Below, piece after piece: positions 29,488-38,897 of a stretch of DNA of 52,201 nt. The notes under the pieces are model-generated. The model made no database searches. It was given only the letters and a program-made list of their open reading frames with translations, and was not told the origin of the DNA. How positions within the stretch are numbered: position 1 is the first letter of the stretch; every line of letters begins with the position of its first letter. Source of the stretch: a virus (Duplodnaviria; Heunggongvirae; Uroviricota; Caudoviricetes); the IMG/VR virus record IMGVR_UViG_3300031993_004551, positions 64,001-116,201 of that record; one strand, written 5' to 3'. The translations under genes were made by a program, and so were the position numbers.

Positions 29488-29588
29488 ATTGTTAAATATA
29501 CATTATTTCCATTAGCAGATTTAAGTATATTTAGTTAAATTTTGTTAACATTTTCGCTAACTGCTAACAACCCCCAATAGGAGGAAAA

Positions 29589-31259
29589 TTAAGCCTTCTC
29601 GAGCGCCTTCTTCTGGTCTTCGATTCGTTCCTGACGCTTGTAGTAGTTCTTGGAGGAAGCGTCACGGCTCTTTGCAAAGCTCTGGATGACCGCATCGAGG
29701 TTTTCCTTTACGAACCCATCCTTCTTGCCGTTCTTGATGTAAATCTGGCGGCAGAAGTTTTCGACATCGGCGGCGGACATTTCAGCCTTGACGAGTGCGG
29801 TGACCGTGTAAGCGGACAATTCTTCGTCAATGGTGTAGCCCTGCTTGTCGCAATAGTTCTTGAAGATGCTCGTCATGAGTGTTTCATCCGGATAACCGAC
29901 TTCGATAGTTTCGTCGATACGGCCGGAACGAGTCATAATCGATTCATCGACATTGAGCGGGTTATTAACCGTGGAGAACACGATGGTAGTCGTGTTCTTG
30001 GATTCCTTGACACGCTGGAAGAAGTCGATGATAGTGTTTGCTTCATCGTTCTTCGTCTTGATGTTGAGGGAATCAAGTTCGTCCAAGAGGATTACTGCCT
30101 TCGGTGTCATGTTGATGCAGAACTTGATTCTGTCAAGGACTGTATCAAGCGTACGGTCTTCGAGCTTGCAGGTGATAATCATGAATCCCTTAGCGGTAAG
30201 GTCGTTCATAATATGCAAGCAAGTGGAGGTCTTACCGGTACCGAGCGGACCGACAAGCGCGTAGGACAAGGAAGTATTCTGTTCGGCGGCGTTGGTGCAC
30301 CAGGACGAAATCTGCTTCATAATGTCGGACTGAACCCAGCATTCGGAATCGACCGGCGGGTCATTCGGCTTCACATAGATGCGGCTCGCGTCTACGCGGT
30401 ACTGGTACTTCATCGGGTCGAGGCCACGGTAAATGTTAGCCAAGCAAGCCTGTACGCAGCGTTCATTGTCGCAGCTCGGGTGTTCGATGACGAACGCGGC
30501 GTGTTCAGTGAGAATCTGACCGCCGATGAACTTGGACGGGGAATCCGAAGTCGAAGTCAGTGCGCCGATACCGCCTTCTTCGTCGGCAGCTTCGGTGGTG
30601 AACTTTTCCATCTTGAGGACATAAAGCGTCTCGACCAAGGCATCGCCGCCCGACTGCTTAAGCTTCCTGCAACGGATGAGAGCGCAAAGCGGGCTGGTAA
30701 TGATGATGTTACCGCTGGAATTGATTGTCGGTGGGTTACCTTCGGCACCTTCCACGGTGTAGTCGTAGGTATCGCCATCCGGAGTGGTAAATTCGTACTT
30801 TTCCTTAATCTTGAGCTTAAACACGAGGTACATCAAGATGTCGCCGATAGGAATCTGGCCGGCGCAAGCACCCGAGTAATGCTCACAAATAGGGATTTCG
30901 ACCTTGAAACGGGAAGCGATATCCTTCCAGAACACGATTTCCGCACGGTTTTCCATGCAGTTCGAAGGCTGAACATTGTTGTAGATGTTGTTGAACACAT
31001 AGTACAACGCAATGCTGTTACGAGCCCAGCTAATCGTATCCTTGAGCTTCTGGTTGTTAGAGTTCACGAACAGGCGGCTCAACAAGTCGGTGGCTGTGGA
31101 ACACATCGGGAGAATATTGTTGAAACTTGCGTTCTTGATGGTACGCCCAAGCTTCTTCCAGTCAATGCCCTCAGGCGTGATGAAGTCGGTGGAGATTCGC
31201 GGAATCTGGTTGCCCAACTCCTTCAGTAAGTTTAAAAGATTATTGTTTTCTTCAGCCAT
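29589..31259 (-). CDS. AAA+ ATPase with long N-terminal domain
   Basis: Walker A GPLGTGKT, Walker B ILLDELD, second region of homology STVN...RSGRID. Confidence 0.85.
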   Translation of the reverse strand: MAEENNNLLNLLKELGNQIPRISTDFITPEGIDWKKLGRTIKNASFNNILPMCSTATDLLSRLFVNSNNQKLKDTISWARNSIALYYVFNNIYNNVQPSNCMENRAEIVFWKDIASRFKVEIPICEHYSGACAGQIPIGDILMYLVFKLKIKEKYEFTTPDGDTYDYTVEGAEGNPPTINSSGNIIITSPLCALIRCRKLKQSGGDALVETLYVLKMEKFTTEAADEEGGIGALTSTSDSPSKFIGGQILTEHAAFVIEHPSCDNERCVQACLANIYRGLDPMKYQYRVDASRIYVKPNDPPVDSECWVQSDIMKQISSWCTNAAEQNTSLSYALVGPLGTGKTSTCLHIMNDLTAKGFMIITCKLEDRTLDTVLDRIKFCINMTPKAVILLDELDSLNIKTKNDEANTIIDFFQRVKESKNTTTIVFSTVNNPLNVDESIMTRSGRIDETIEVGYPDETLMTSIFKNYCDKQGYTIDEELSAYTVTALVKAEMSAADVENFCRQIYIKNGKKDGFVKENLDAVIQSFAKSRDASSKNYYKRQERIEDQKKALEKA

Positions 31260-31301
31260 TTATCTTCCCATAAGGTTATTATGACGAGTTTGGTATGATT
31301 C

Positions 31302-31336
31302 AAATATAGCAAAATGTTTACGGGTCAATATAAACT
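31302..31336. promoter_or_regulatory. Back-to-back TGCTATATTT (minus) and TATAAACT (plus) promoters
   Basis: 31302-31311 faces the AAA gene; 31329-31336 faces 31364. Confidence 0.7.
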
Positions 31337-31363
31337 TTATGAAAAATTTGAGCAGGTGCTGAG

Positions 31364-32896
31364 ATGTACGGGAATAACTACTTAATGTTCGAGAGCGAAG
31401 TGGAACGCCTGAAGCCTTTGTTCCTTATGGAAGCCGAGGATGACGACCTCGAAGAATCTACCCCGAAGGACGACAAACCGGCCGACGACGATAAGAAATC
31501 GGACGATAATAAGAAATCCGAAGATGAATCTAGTGAGAATAAGGGTGATTCCAAACCGGAAGACCCGGACAAAGAGTCCAAAGAGAACTCCGGCGACTCT
31601 TCCGGCGACGGGTTCGAAGAACTGGATGACGCTAACGGGGAAACCGGCGGCGAAACCGAAGACTTCGACCTCGACCGCGATATGCCCGACATTACCGGCG
31701 GTCTCGGCGAGCCGCAGAACGGTGGCGATGTGAATGCCAATAACGGCACCCCGGGCGCAATCACTCCGGAGCGCCTTATCGCCGAAATCACTTCGGGGCA
31801 AGACAACATCTATACCCGCGTGATTAATGAAGTGAAGCCAAAGTTCCCCAATGGCGAATGCCAGGTCAAGGACTTGCTTGAACCGATTGCCCACGCAATT
31901 TCCGCATACCTGAAAAACAAAAAGTATGCCGGCATCGATACCCGTACCTTGGAAAAGAAGAATCCGAATAAAGCGATGAACCAGGAAAATGCAATCCACC
32001 TGATAAGCCTTGTCATCGCGAAAAACATCAAGGATGGCAAATTTATCAATTATGCCGAGCGGCAACAACAGCAGGCTCAATCAGCCCCCAAAACCGAATC
32101 GGTTCGTATGGGTTACCGTTCCGTCCGTCCAATCGAGGAGCAGACCCTTATGGAAGGCTGGAAAGATATCTTGCTTGCCGGCGGCATCGCAGCAAACGGC
32201 GTAATGGGTGCAACGGCACAGTCCGCCCCCGTATCTACATTGCAAGGGACCCCAAGGTACCAGGCAATGCAGCAACAGGCGAACACCCCGCAACAGAAGC
32301 AGCAGGCTCCCCAGAAGAAATCCGGGGTAACCAGCGGCGCTACGGCGGCACCGTCCACAAGTAGCACCGGCGTACAGTTCAGCCCGGACAGCACCTATCA
32401 GCTGTCCCCGCAGCAGTTCCAGCAATTCCAGGCATCGGGCAACCTCCCGAAGCACTACATCGTCGCCAGCGATGCGCAGGCCGGCCAGAATGTAACCAAG
32501 GTTCCGCAATCCGGCTCACAGAAGCCGTCCAACAAGGGCTACGGGAAAAATACCGGTAATGGCAATGTGAAAGCCACGCAAGGTAGCTCGGTTACCCAGG
32601 CAGCCGTGAAGGAACAGGCCAAGAGCGGGCAGACGACCAAGCAGATTGCTACCGGGAAGGACGAACGCTGTGTAAACCCGGATGAACAAAGCGGGAATTT
32701 CGGCAAGACGGTTCACGAGCTCGGACATAAAGGCGTAGACCTTGCCTACAAGGGCGGTAGCGCTCTCTGGGGCGGCCTGAAGGGTGCCGCAAAGGGTCTA
32801 TGGGACGGTGCCAAGAAGAACTGGGGAGAAGCCGAAAAGGACCTCGAGAAAGACCACGATGAAATGATTAAGGAGCGCAAAGCTTCCAAGAAATAA
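31364..32896 (+). CDS. Low-complexity acidic/Gln-rich protein; probable internal head protein
   Basis: D/E/K/S-rich N-terminus, LMEGWKDILLAGG, Q-rich middle; TATAAACT upstream. Confidence 0.5.
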   Translation: MYGNNYLMFESEVERLKPLFLMEAEDDDLEESTPKDDKPADDDKKSDDNKKSEDESSENKGDSKPEDPDKESKENSGDSSGDGFEELDDANGETGGETEDFDLDRDMPDITGGLGEPQNGGDVNANNGTPGAITPERLIAEITSGQDNIYTRVINEVKPKFPNGECQVKDLLEPIAHAISAYLKNKKYAGIDTRTLEKKNPNKAMNQENAIHLISLVIAKNIKDGKFINYAERQQQQAQSAPKTESVRMGYRSVRPIEEQTLMEGWKDILLAGGIAANGVMGATAQSAPVSTLQGTPRYQAMQQQANTPQQKQQAPQKKSGVTSGATAAPSTSSTGVQFSPDSTYQLSPQQFQQFQASGNLPKHYIVASDAQAGQNVTKVPQSGSQKPSNKGYGKNTGNGNVKATQGSSVTQAAVKEQAKSGQTTKQIATGKDERCVNPDEQSGNFGKTVHELGHKGVDLAYKGGSALWGGLKGAAKGLWDGAKKNWGEAEKDLEKDHDEMIKERKASKK

Positions 32897-32898
32897 AT

Positions 32899-32922
32899 AA
32901 AGGCCGCGAAAGCGGCCTTTTT
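32899..32922. terminator. Bidirectional intrinsic terminator
   Basis: AAAGGCCGC-GAAA-GCGGCCTTTTT. Confidence 0.85.
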
Positions 32923-32940
32923 CAATAGGTAAGTCGGCTA

Positions 32941-33297
32941 CTAGATAGTGTCGAGCGGGACCCAGCGAATCCAGAACGGGATATACGGACTTGCTCCGCC
33001 AACAACCATCCCGCCATTGGCAGACGCCTGAATCTGATACCCAAGGCCTTCCAGACAATGCTTCGCTTCGTCATAGGTAAATTCGCGGCGACGATTCGCG
33101 TTGACCAATACGGCTTCGCCTTCGTGGATGCTTGCAAGGTAATTCATCAAATTCTCTGTAAGCTGCGGATGCAACTTACGATACTCTTCACCGCGGGCGG
33201 CAGTTTCGGTTGCAATCCGGGCCCTCATTTGGAGAGCCGTCGGAAAGACCTTTTCTTCCGCCGGGGCTTCTTTAGGAGTTTCATTATTAACGCTCAT
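32941..33297 (-). CDS. Hypothetical protein
   Basis: Start reassigned to MSVNN, coupled to the HD gene stop. Confidence 0.5.
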   Translation of the reverse strand: MSVNNETPKEAPAEEKVFPTALQMRARIATETAARGEEYRKLHPQLTENLMNYLASIHEGEAVLVNANRRREFTYDEAKHCLEGLGYQIQASANGGMVVGGASPYIPFWIRWVPLDTI

Positions 33298-33937
33298 CTT
33301 TAACCTCTGTATTAGGAGTTTCCTTCTTTCCCGGAATAGTCTTTTCCGGCTTCCACCCGTAATACTTCTTATACTGGGTGTCCATGACATTTTCATAGTA
33401 TGCGTCTGACGAACGGCTGTTCGCCTCGCCGACAAGCTTCTCCATCGAGTTTACCGCGTCGGAAATCTTGGCGCGCTCGAGGATATACCTGTCCTGACGC
33501 TCATAGTCCACCGCCTTCGGTGTCGGGATACGGGTAAGGTCGATGTTATTGTCGAGGTCGACAATCTTCACCTTGGCGGCAAGGAGGTTGCCGGATACCC
33601 GGTCAATGTAAACCGAGCGCGATTCACTCTTCTTCTTGGTAAGGAGGTCTACGACCTTCCAGATTACCGGCGGGAACCATACCATAAGGTCGGATATGGT
33701 GAAACCGCCGTCTTCGACTACATCATGGATATAGGCGATAGCAGTAAGGTTATCGTCACCATAGCGCTTCTCGGCTTCCCGCCCAACGGCGCCGACATGT
33801 TCAAAGTAACGGTGCCCGCCCTTATCAACCTGCCCATCGTGTGCAAATTCAGCGAACTTGATTGCCCGGGCAACAATATTGAGCTTACCGAGCGAACTGT
33901 CGCGGACAAACTTGTTAATTTCTTCTCTTGAACGCAT
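33287..33937 (-). CDS. RelA/SpoT-type HD-domain hydrolase (Mesh1/small alarmone hydrolase-like)
   Basis: AHDGQVDKGG.RYFEH, IHDVVED, KVKIVDLDNN. Confidence 0.8.
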   Translation of the reverse strand: MRSREEINKFVRDSSLGKLNIVARAIKFAEFAHDGQVDKGGHRYFEHVGAVGREAEKRYGDDNLTAIAYIHDVVEDGGFTISDLMVWFPPVIWKVVDLLTKKKSESRSVYIDRVSGNLLAAKVKIVDLDNNIDLTRIPTPKAVDYERQDRYILERAKISDAVNSMEKLVGEANSRSSDAYYENVMDTQYKKYYGWKPEKTIPGKKETPNTEVKDER

Positions 33938-34031
33938 CAATTCCTACCTGATTGTTTTGAGAATCACAAACACCCTGTTTCAGCGCGGTCCCCTATGCCG
34001 CTACATTTCAAACTATATCTTTTTCTTAAAT

Positions 34032-34649
34032 ATGCAAATTGAAATAGATTCAATAGTAGCAAGGAGCGGATATATTATGAAAATCCCAGTAAGAGAATTG
34101 CGGTACAACCCCGAACTCAATAAGGATACCCTTTTCGACACCGACATCGTGGCCAACCTGAGACAGGAAACCATCGCGGTACTCGCAATCGTCACTCAGA
34201 GCGAGACCAATGTGGTCGTGGACAAGCCGGTAAAGACTATGGAAATCGCCGGCTTCGAGCACTACACTATGGCCGGCCAGTTCTCATCCGGGGACGCCAC
34301 CGGGGAAGTCCGGTACTTCTGGAACGTCCGGAAAGAAAATCCAGAATTCTTCGATGTCCACAAGGTACAGATTCGATTCACCAACCAGGGATGGTGTGAC
34401 GTAGACTACAGTGTAGACCGCATGCTGATGGACCGGATAACACAGGAATACCAGCTATTCGTAAAGGCAAACCGCAATGTCCCGAAGAAGTTCGAGGATA
34501 TTGAGAACAAGTTAATGAAGCTACGCTCCATACCGGTATCGCAGAAGGCCCGTGCCGAGATTATAAAGATTACCGACGAGATAAGCGCCATTCTCGGAAA
34601 CATTTCACCAAAGGCAAGCATCGAAAAGATTCCAACCCAGGAGTTTTAA
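34032..34649 (+). CDS. Hypothetical protein
   Basis: ORF with genome-typical codon usage; first gene of a three-gene run. Confidence 0.55.
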   Translation: MQIEIDSIVARSGYIMKIPVRELRYNPELNKDTLFDTDIVANLRQETIAVLAIVTQSETNVVVDKPVKTMEIAGFEHYTMAGQFSSGDATGEVRYFWNVRKENPEFFDVHKVQIRFTNQGWCDVDYSVDRMLMDRITQEYQLFVKANRNVPKKFEDIENKLMKLRSIPVSQKARAEIIKITDEISAILGNISPKASIEKIPTQEF

Positions 34650-34651
34650 CT

Positions 34652-35272
34652 ATGAAACAAGAACCGTTTGAATACTTCCGCTACACCGAAGACTCCATTG
34701 AACAGTATCCGGCACCAAAGTATATCGAGGAATGCGAAAAGAACATAATCACCCCCGGGAGCATCGTAATCCCTCTGACGAAGCGAAGCTTCCAGGTATT
34801 CTATGCTGACAAGGGCCTCAACAACTTCTGCCACTATAACATCGAACGGCGCGAATACCGCAAGCACTTCCGGGTATCTCTCACGACAGTCCTCGCGGAC
34901 AGCACCATCGCGAACTCTTTCAAGTTCAAGGATATCACGGTAGAATCGCTTTCCGAAATCATCACTACACTCTTCGTCGAAAACCAGCAGACCCGCATCA
35001 AGGCCATCGAGGAGCAGCCAGAGTTCACCCGGATTGTGACCGAGGAGCTTACCAAGGCGGGATACACATCCCTCGGCAACTCGCCGCGCGCGATGGTATT
35101 CCGCGGACACAACCAGAACATCACTGTCGCGATATCCGACCTCGGGCGCTTCAGGGCAACCATACGCTGCACCCGCAAGAAGAACGGGGTAAACCAGGCG
35201 TTCTGTACGGGCGGTCCCGTACTAATCAAGAACGCATCCGCACTCGTATCGACAATCAACTCGCTCAAGTAG
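34652..35272 (+). CDS. Hypothetical protein
   Basis: GGAG RBS; 2-nt gap to the upstream gene. Confidence 0.6.
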   Translation: MKQEPFEYFRYTEDSIEQYPAPKYIEECEKNIITPGSIVIPLTKRSFQVFYADKGLNNFCHYNIERREYRKHFRVSLTTVLADSTIANSFKFKDITVESLSEIITTLFVENQQTRIKAIEEQPEFTRIVTEELTKAGYTSLGNSPRAMVFRGHNQNITVAISDLGRFRATIRCTRKKNGVNQAFCTGGPVLIKNASALVSTINSLK

Positions 35273-35282
35273 GAGGAGCACC

Positions 35283-35633
35283 ATGAAAAATCTTTTCAAC
35301 CTGACATATATCGCAATCGCGCTCGGCTTCATCCGCAAGATTATCACCAAATGCACCTACCGGGCGCAGGACGGCATACCGGAAGAGCAGCATGACAGCG
35401 AAGGATGCTGGTGCCTCGTGTACAACTACAGTGTATGCCTTGAATATACACACAACAAAGCCAAGCTCATCGAGCTCGGCAATGAAATAATGAATGCTGT
35501 TCCAAAGCTGAAGGGACACTTCACCCTAATCGAAGACGATGACATGGGCACCGACAGTGTTGAAGAAATCGCCGTACTGACTCAAGGTGAAACCGAAGTC
35601 GTAAAACACCTTATCCGGAAATTCAACCTCTAG
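35283..35633 (+). CDS. Hypothetical protein
   Basis: AGGAGGAG RBS. Confidence 0.6.
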   Translation: MKNLFNLTYIAIALGFIRKIITKCTYRAQDGIPEEQHDSEGCWCLVYNYSVCLEYTHNKAKLIELGNEIMNAVPKLKGHFTLIEDDDMGTDSVEEIAVLTQGETEVVKHLIRKFNL

Positions 35634-36136
35634 ACCAGAATCTTCCTGATGTCTTCCCGGCGCAGTAGCCTCTGGTTGCTGCTCCCGCGGAACTTCAGGG
35701 CAAGGTCCCTCTTTTCCAGTATGAACGGTCCGTCGACAAGGACATCCACGCTTTCCAGAATGCGCGGCGTCACCGTATCGATATACTTCCGTCCGCCCGG
35801 AACCAAGTCCCTCTCCAGTATGTACCCGGTGAACATCCAAAGGTTCTTGCCAGGATAGGCCCGCTTGTAGCGGTCAATGAGAGGCAAAAGTTCCACCTGG
35901 TTTTCGGGTTCGAACGGCTCACCCCCAAGAATAGTCATCCCGGCAATATATTCCGGCCGGCAGGCCTCGATGACCTCGTTGGCCTCTATTTCGGTAAACG
36001 GATTGCCATAACCGAAATCCCAGGTTTCCTCGTTGAAACAACCCTTGCAGTGGTTCCTGCATCCCGAAACGAACAGAGTAACACGGATTCCCTCGCCATC
36101 CACGATACTCATCGGCTCAATCTTTCCATAGTTCAT
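35630..36136 (-). CDS. nrdG: Anaerobic ribonucleotide reductase activating enzyme (radical SAM)
   Basis: DGEGIRVTLFVSGCRNHCKGCFN (CxxxCxxC), LGGEP, DVLVDGPF, FRGSSNQR. Confidence 0.95.
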   Translation of the reverse strand: MNYGKIEPMSIVDGEGIRVTLFVSGCRNHCKGCFNEETWDFGYGNPFTEIEANEVIEACRPEYIAGMTILGGEPFEPENQVELLPLIDRYKRAYPGKNLWMFTGYILERDLVPGGRKYIDTVTPRILESVDVLVDGPFILEKRDLALKFRGSSNQRLLRREDIRKILV

Positions 36137-36156
36137 AACATTTCCTTCTACAAAGA

Positions 36157-36185
36157 AAAACCGGCGGGATACATAGCTCCCGCCG
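36157..36185 (-). terminator. Terminator-like hairpin between nrdD and nrdG
   Basis: Minus strand CGGCGGGA-N8-TCCCGCCG-GTTTTT. Confidence 0.6.
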
Positions 36186-36201
36186 ATAAATATACAATAT
36201 C

Positions 36202-38790
36202 CTAGATATTGTGTCTGTCGGCAAATTCGGCAAGCTTTCCGTCGCAGCACGACTTGGTAATCGACTTCTTCGGAGAACCACTGAGATATCCAGTCACCCT
36301 AAGCATTCGCACGATATAATTTTCATCCGCGCATCCACACTTAGGACAAGCATTCTTGATTATGCCGTGATAACCGCACTTAAGACAGTCGTCCGATTGA
36401 AAGGTTATCGTATAGTATCCCAAGTTGCCCTTATACATCGCCATGATAGCAGCCTTGACAGCCGGGAGGTTTTCACTCGGGTCACCGTCGAGCTTGTAGT
36501 AGAATATATGCCCGGCATTGGTAAGCTTGTGGAACGGAGCCTCGACCTTAATCTTGTTCTCGAGAGTAGTATCGAGGGAGAAGTCCATCATATGGCTGTT
36601 GGTGTAGTAGCCCTTCCCGAAAAGCCGGTAGAGGTCAACATCAGCAAGCTTCTTATTGCGGGCAGTAAGGGAATATACCCCATCAGCACTCCTCTTCTCG
36701 ATAGCGAACTTCTTCTTGTCAATCGTGGCGAAACGCCCAGCGACCGCTTCAGCCGGGGTAGCAAATGTACTCCAGTTGAGGTGTGTTTCCTCCTGGCACC
36801 GGTCGGTGAACTCGCGCATATGCCTTACGATAGACTGTGCGAACTCGTCAACCTCGTGGTCGACGCCAAAGGTCTTCCCGGTAAGGAGATTAACTGTCTC
36901 GGCAATGCCGATGTAGCCGATTGAAAGCGTAGACTGCTTTAGGACTTCGGCAATAGTGTCGGTGACCTCATGCGGCTTGTCGTCCGATGTCAGGTAAATG
37001 CCCTGCTGCATCGTAAAGGGGAAAGCCTCATATGTCCTCTGGCAAATAAGGTTGAAACGGTCCAGCAAGCTATCCTTTGCATCGGCGAGCATCCCGTCAA
37101 GCTTAGAGAAGAACAGAGCCTTACGCTTTTCGATGTCGGGTTCCGCGATGTGTGCTTCGATAGCGAGCCTCGGGATGTTAAGGGTGTGGAACGCAAAGTT
37201 CCCACGTCCGGTAGTCTGTTCCGGACCGTTGATGTTGCCGATGACACGGGTGCGGCAACCCATAGCGCTGACGGTGGTTTCCGGGCGAAGCCTGCGGAGT
37301 TGAACCTTGCCGTCCTTGATTGCGACAATTTCCCAGTACTTATCTTCGAGCCGGTATTCGTACTGAATCTTGTCAAATTCCGTATCGACAGCTCTCAGCA
37401 CAGCAATCTGGTCGAGGCCGCGGTACTTCACCGTAAATTCGTACGGAACATTGACTTCGCATGTATCATACTTGATATACTGGTGGTTAAAATCATTGTC
37501 TTCGGAAACGAAGTTCGGGTAGAAACGCCTTGCAAGGCACTTGATGGATTCGTCGAAGAGGTCTACATTCGGGTCATCGTCGTCGACCGTGTACCCTTCC
37601 ATCATCTTAAAGATAAGAATCGGGAAGATTGCAGTAAGACCGTCACCCATACCTTCATACTGAGCCTTGATAAGGTTATGGCTGACCATACGGCCACATA
37701 TAGACACATCAAGACCGAAGTTGAGGGAGCTGAACGGGACCTGGTTACCGGAGCGGCTCTGGAGGGAGTTTAAATTCTGCACGAGAGCTTCCATTGCCTG
37801 ATGGGTATCATCATCCGTCTGGTCGATTGCTTCGTCGACACAATCCGCCGGGAACTGCCGATAGAGAAGCGCCGTAGGCATATCCATAGTCACCTTGCGT
37901 TCTTCAAGGATAGCGACGAGTTTCTTGCGGACAAACTTAAATCGACCGTCAAACTCAGCGAACTTGGGGTCATGGGTCGTCTTGTAATACCGGTTGAGTT
38001 CCTTGGCCAAGTTCTTCAGGAATGAAATATTGACAAACGGGGCCATCTCGAAGTCGAAGTTGTCGACCGCGATGCCGCCATACTGCTGATTGGACTGAAG
38101 CTGGAGAATTACAGCAGTAAGGGCCGTAGCGCTCTGAATTGAGCGGGCCGGGCGTAAGAATCCCATTCCACCGGCATCGAACCCGCTAAGGAGGAGCTTC
38201 TGCACCGGCGCGTTAAGACAGTTGAAAGTCAAGTTGTACATATTCAGGTCATGAATATGCATATAGCCTTCCTTGTGGAACTTGGCGTAACGGCGCTTAA
38301 TCTTACTCAGGAGGTTATAGGTCTTGTTCGCGGCACCGCCAATCTTTCCGTACATGCCGGCCGGAGTAGCCCCGCTTTCATTCGCATTGTCGCGGAGCGT
38401 ATTGCAGCTCTTCAGGTCAGACTCCGAAATATCCCTCAACTGCTTCAGGAGGTCAGACTCGAGAGTCCGGACGCGGTTACGCTCTTCCCTGTATGTGATG
38501 TATGCATCGGCGGCATCCGGGTTCCGCTCCATAAGAAGCCGGGAAACAATCTTGGATATTTCTTCCGCCTTCACCGTATCCTCACCAAGTCCGGATATGG
38601 AAGTCATAGCGGTAGCGACCAAATCATCAGCCGTATCCCTATCCAACTTGGTATTCCCTTGTGCATAAGCCTTCACCATGCCGTTCCTAATCTTCGCCGG
38701 ATTGAAGTCATCCGGTGTACCGTCGCGCTTCACAAACCTGAGCGGAATGCGTACGGTCTTCTGGGCATTTTCTGTGGTGGATTCTGTCAT
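36202..38790 (-). CDS. nrdD: Class III anaerobic ribonucleoside-triphosphate reductase with ATP cone
   Basis: ATP cone VKRDG...FNPAKI; HIHDL, NCL, MGCRTR, GRGN; Zn site CLKC/CPKC; glycyl-radical loop RVTGYL. Confidence 0.97.
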   Translation of the reverse strand: MTESTTENAQKTVRIPLRFVKRDGTPDDFNPAKIRNGMVKAYAQGNTKLDRDTADDLVATAMTSISGLGEDTVKAEEISKIVSRLLMERNPDAADAYITYREERNRVRTLESDLLKQLRDISESDLKSCNTLRDNANESGATPAGMYGKIGGAANKTYNLLSKIKRRYAKFHKEGYMHIHDLNMYNLTFNCLNAPVQKLLLSGFDAGGMGFLRPARSIQSATALTAVILQLQSNQQYGGIAVDNFDFEMAPFVNISFLKNLAKELNRYYKTTHDPKFAEFDGRFKFVRKKLVAILEERKVTMDMPTALLYRQFPADCVDEAIDQTDDDTHQAMEALVQNLNSLQSRSGNQVPFSSLNFGLDVSICGRMVSHNLIKAQYEGMGDGLTAIFPILIFKMMEGYTVDDDDPNVDLFDESIKCLARRFYPNFVSEDNDFNHQYIKYDTCEVNVPYEFTVKYRGLDQIAVLRAVDTEFDKIQYEYRLEDKYWEIVAIKDGKVQLRRLRPETTVSAMGCRTRVIGNINGPEQTTGRGNFAFHTLNIPRLAIEAHIAEPDIEKRKALFFSKLDGMLADAKDSLLDRFNLICQRTYEAFPFTMQQGIYLTSDDKPHEVTDTIAEVLKQSTLSIGYIGIAETVNLLTGKTFGVDHEVDEFAQSIVRHMREFTDRCQEETHLNWSTFATPAEAVAGRFATIDKKKFAIEKRSADGVYSLTARNKKLADVDLYRLFGKGYYTNSHMMDFSLDTTLENKIKVEAPFHKLTNAGHIFYYKLDGDPSENLPAVKAAIMAMYKGNLGYYTITFQSDDCLKCGYHGIIKNACPKCGCADENYIVRMLRVTGYLSGSPKKSITKSCCDGKLAEFADRHNI

Positions 38791-38840
38791 AATATTCCTC
38801 TAGTTATTCAAAAAGCAAAAGTGGTTTATATGTTCGCGCG

Positions 38841-38897
38841 GCCCAAAATCTGGCCATTTTAGACTTGAAAATCGGCGAATTACACAATATCTTGTGT
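38841..38897. promoter_or_regulatory. Putative tandem NrdR boxes upstream of nrdD
   Basis: ACACAATATCTTGTGT (38882-38897) fits the NrdR consensus acaCwAtATaTwGtgt; weaker GCCCAAAATCTGGCCA at 38841, 41-bp offset. Confidence 0.6.

Noticed and set aside
37288-37470. Mini-intein in NrdD
   Set aside because: No C-terminal Asn/Gln plus nucleophile junction and no splicing blocks.
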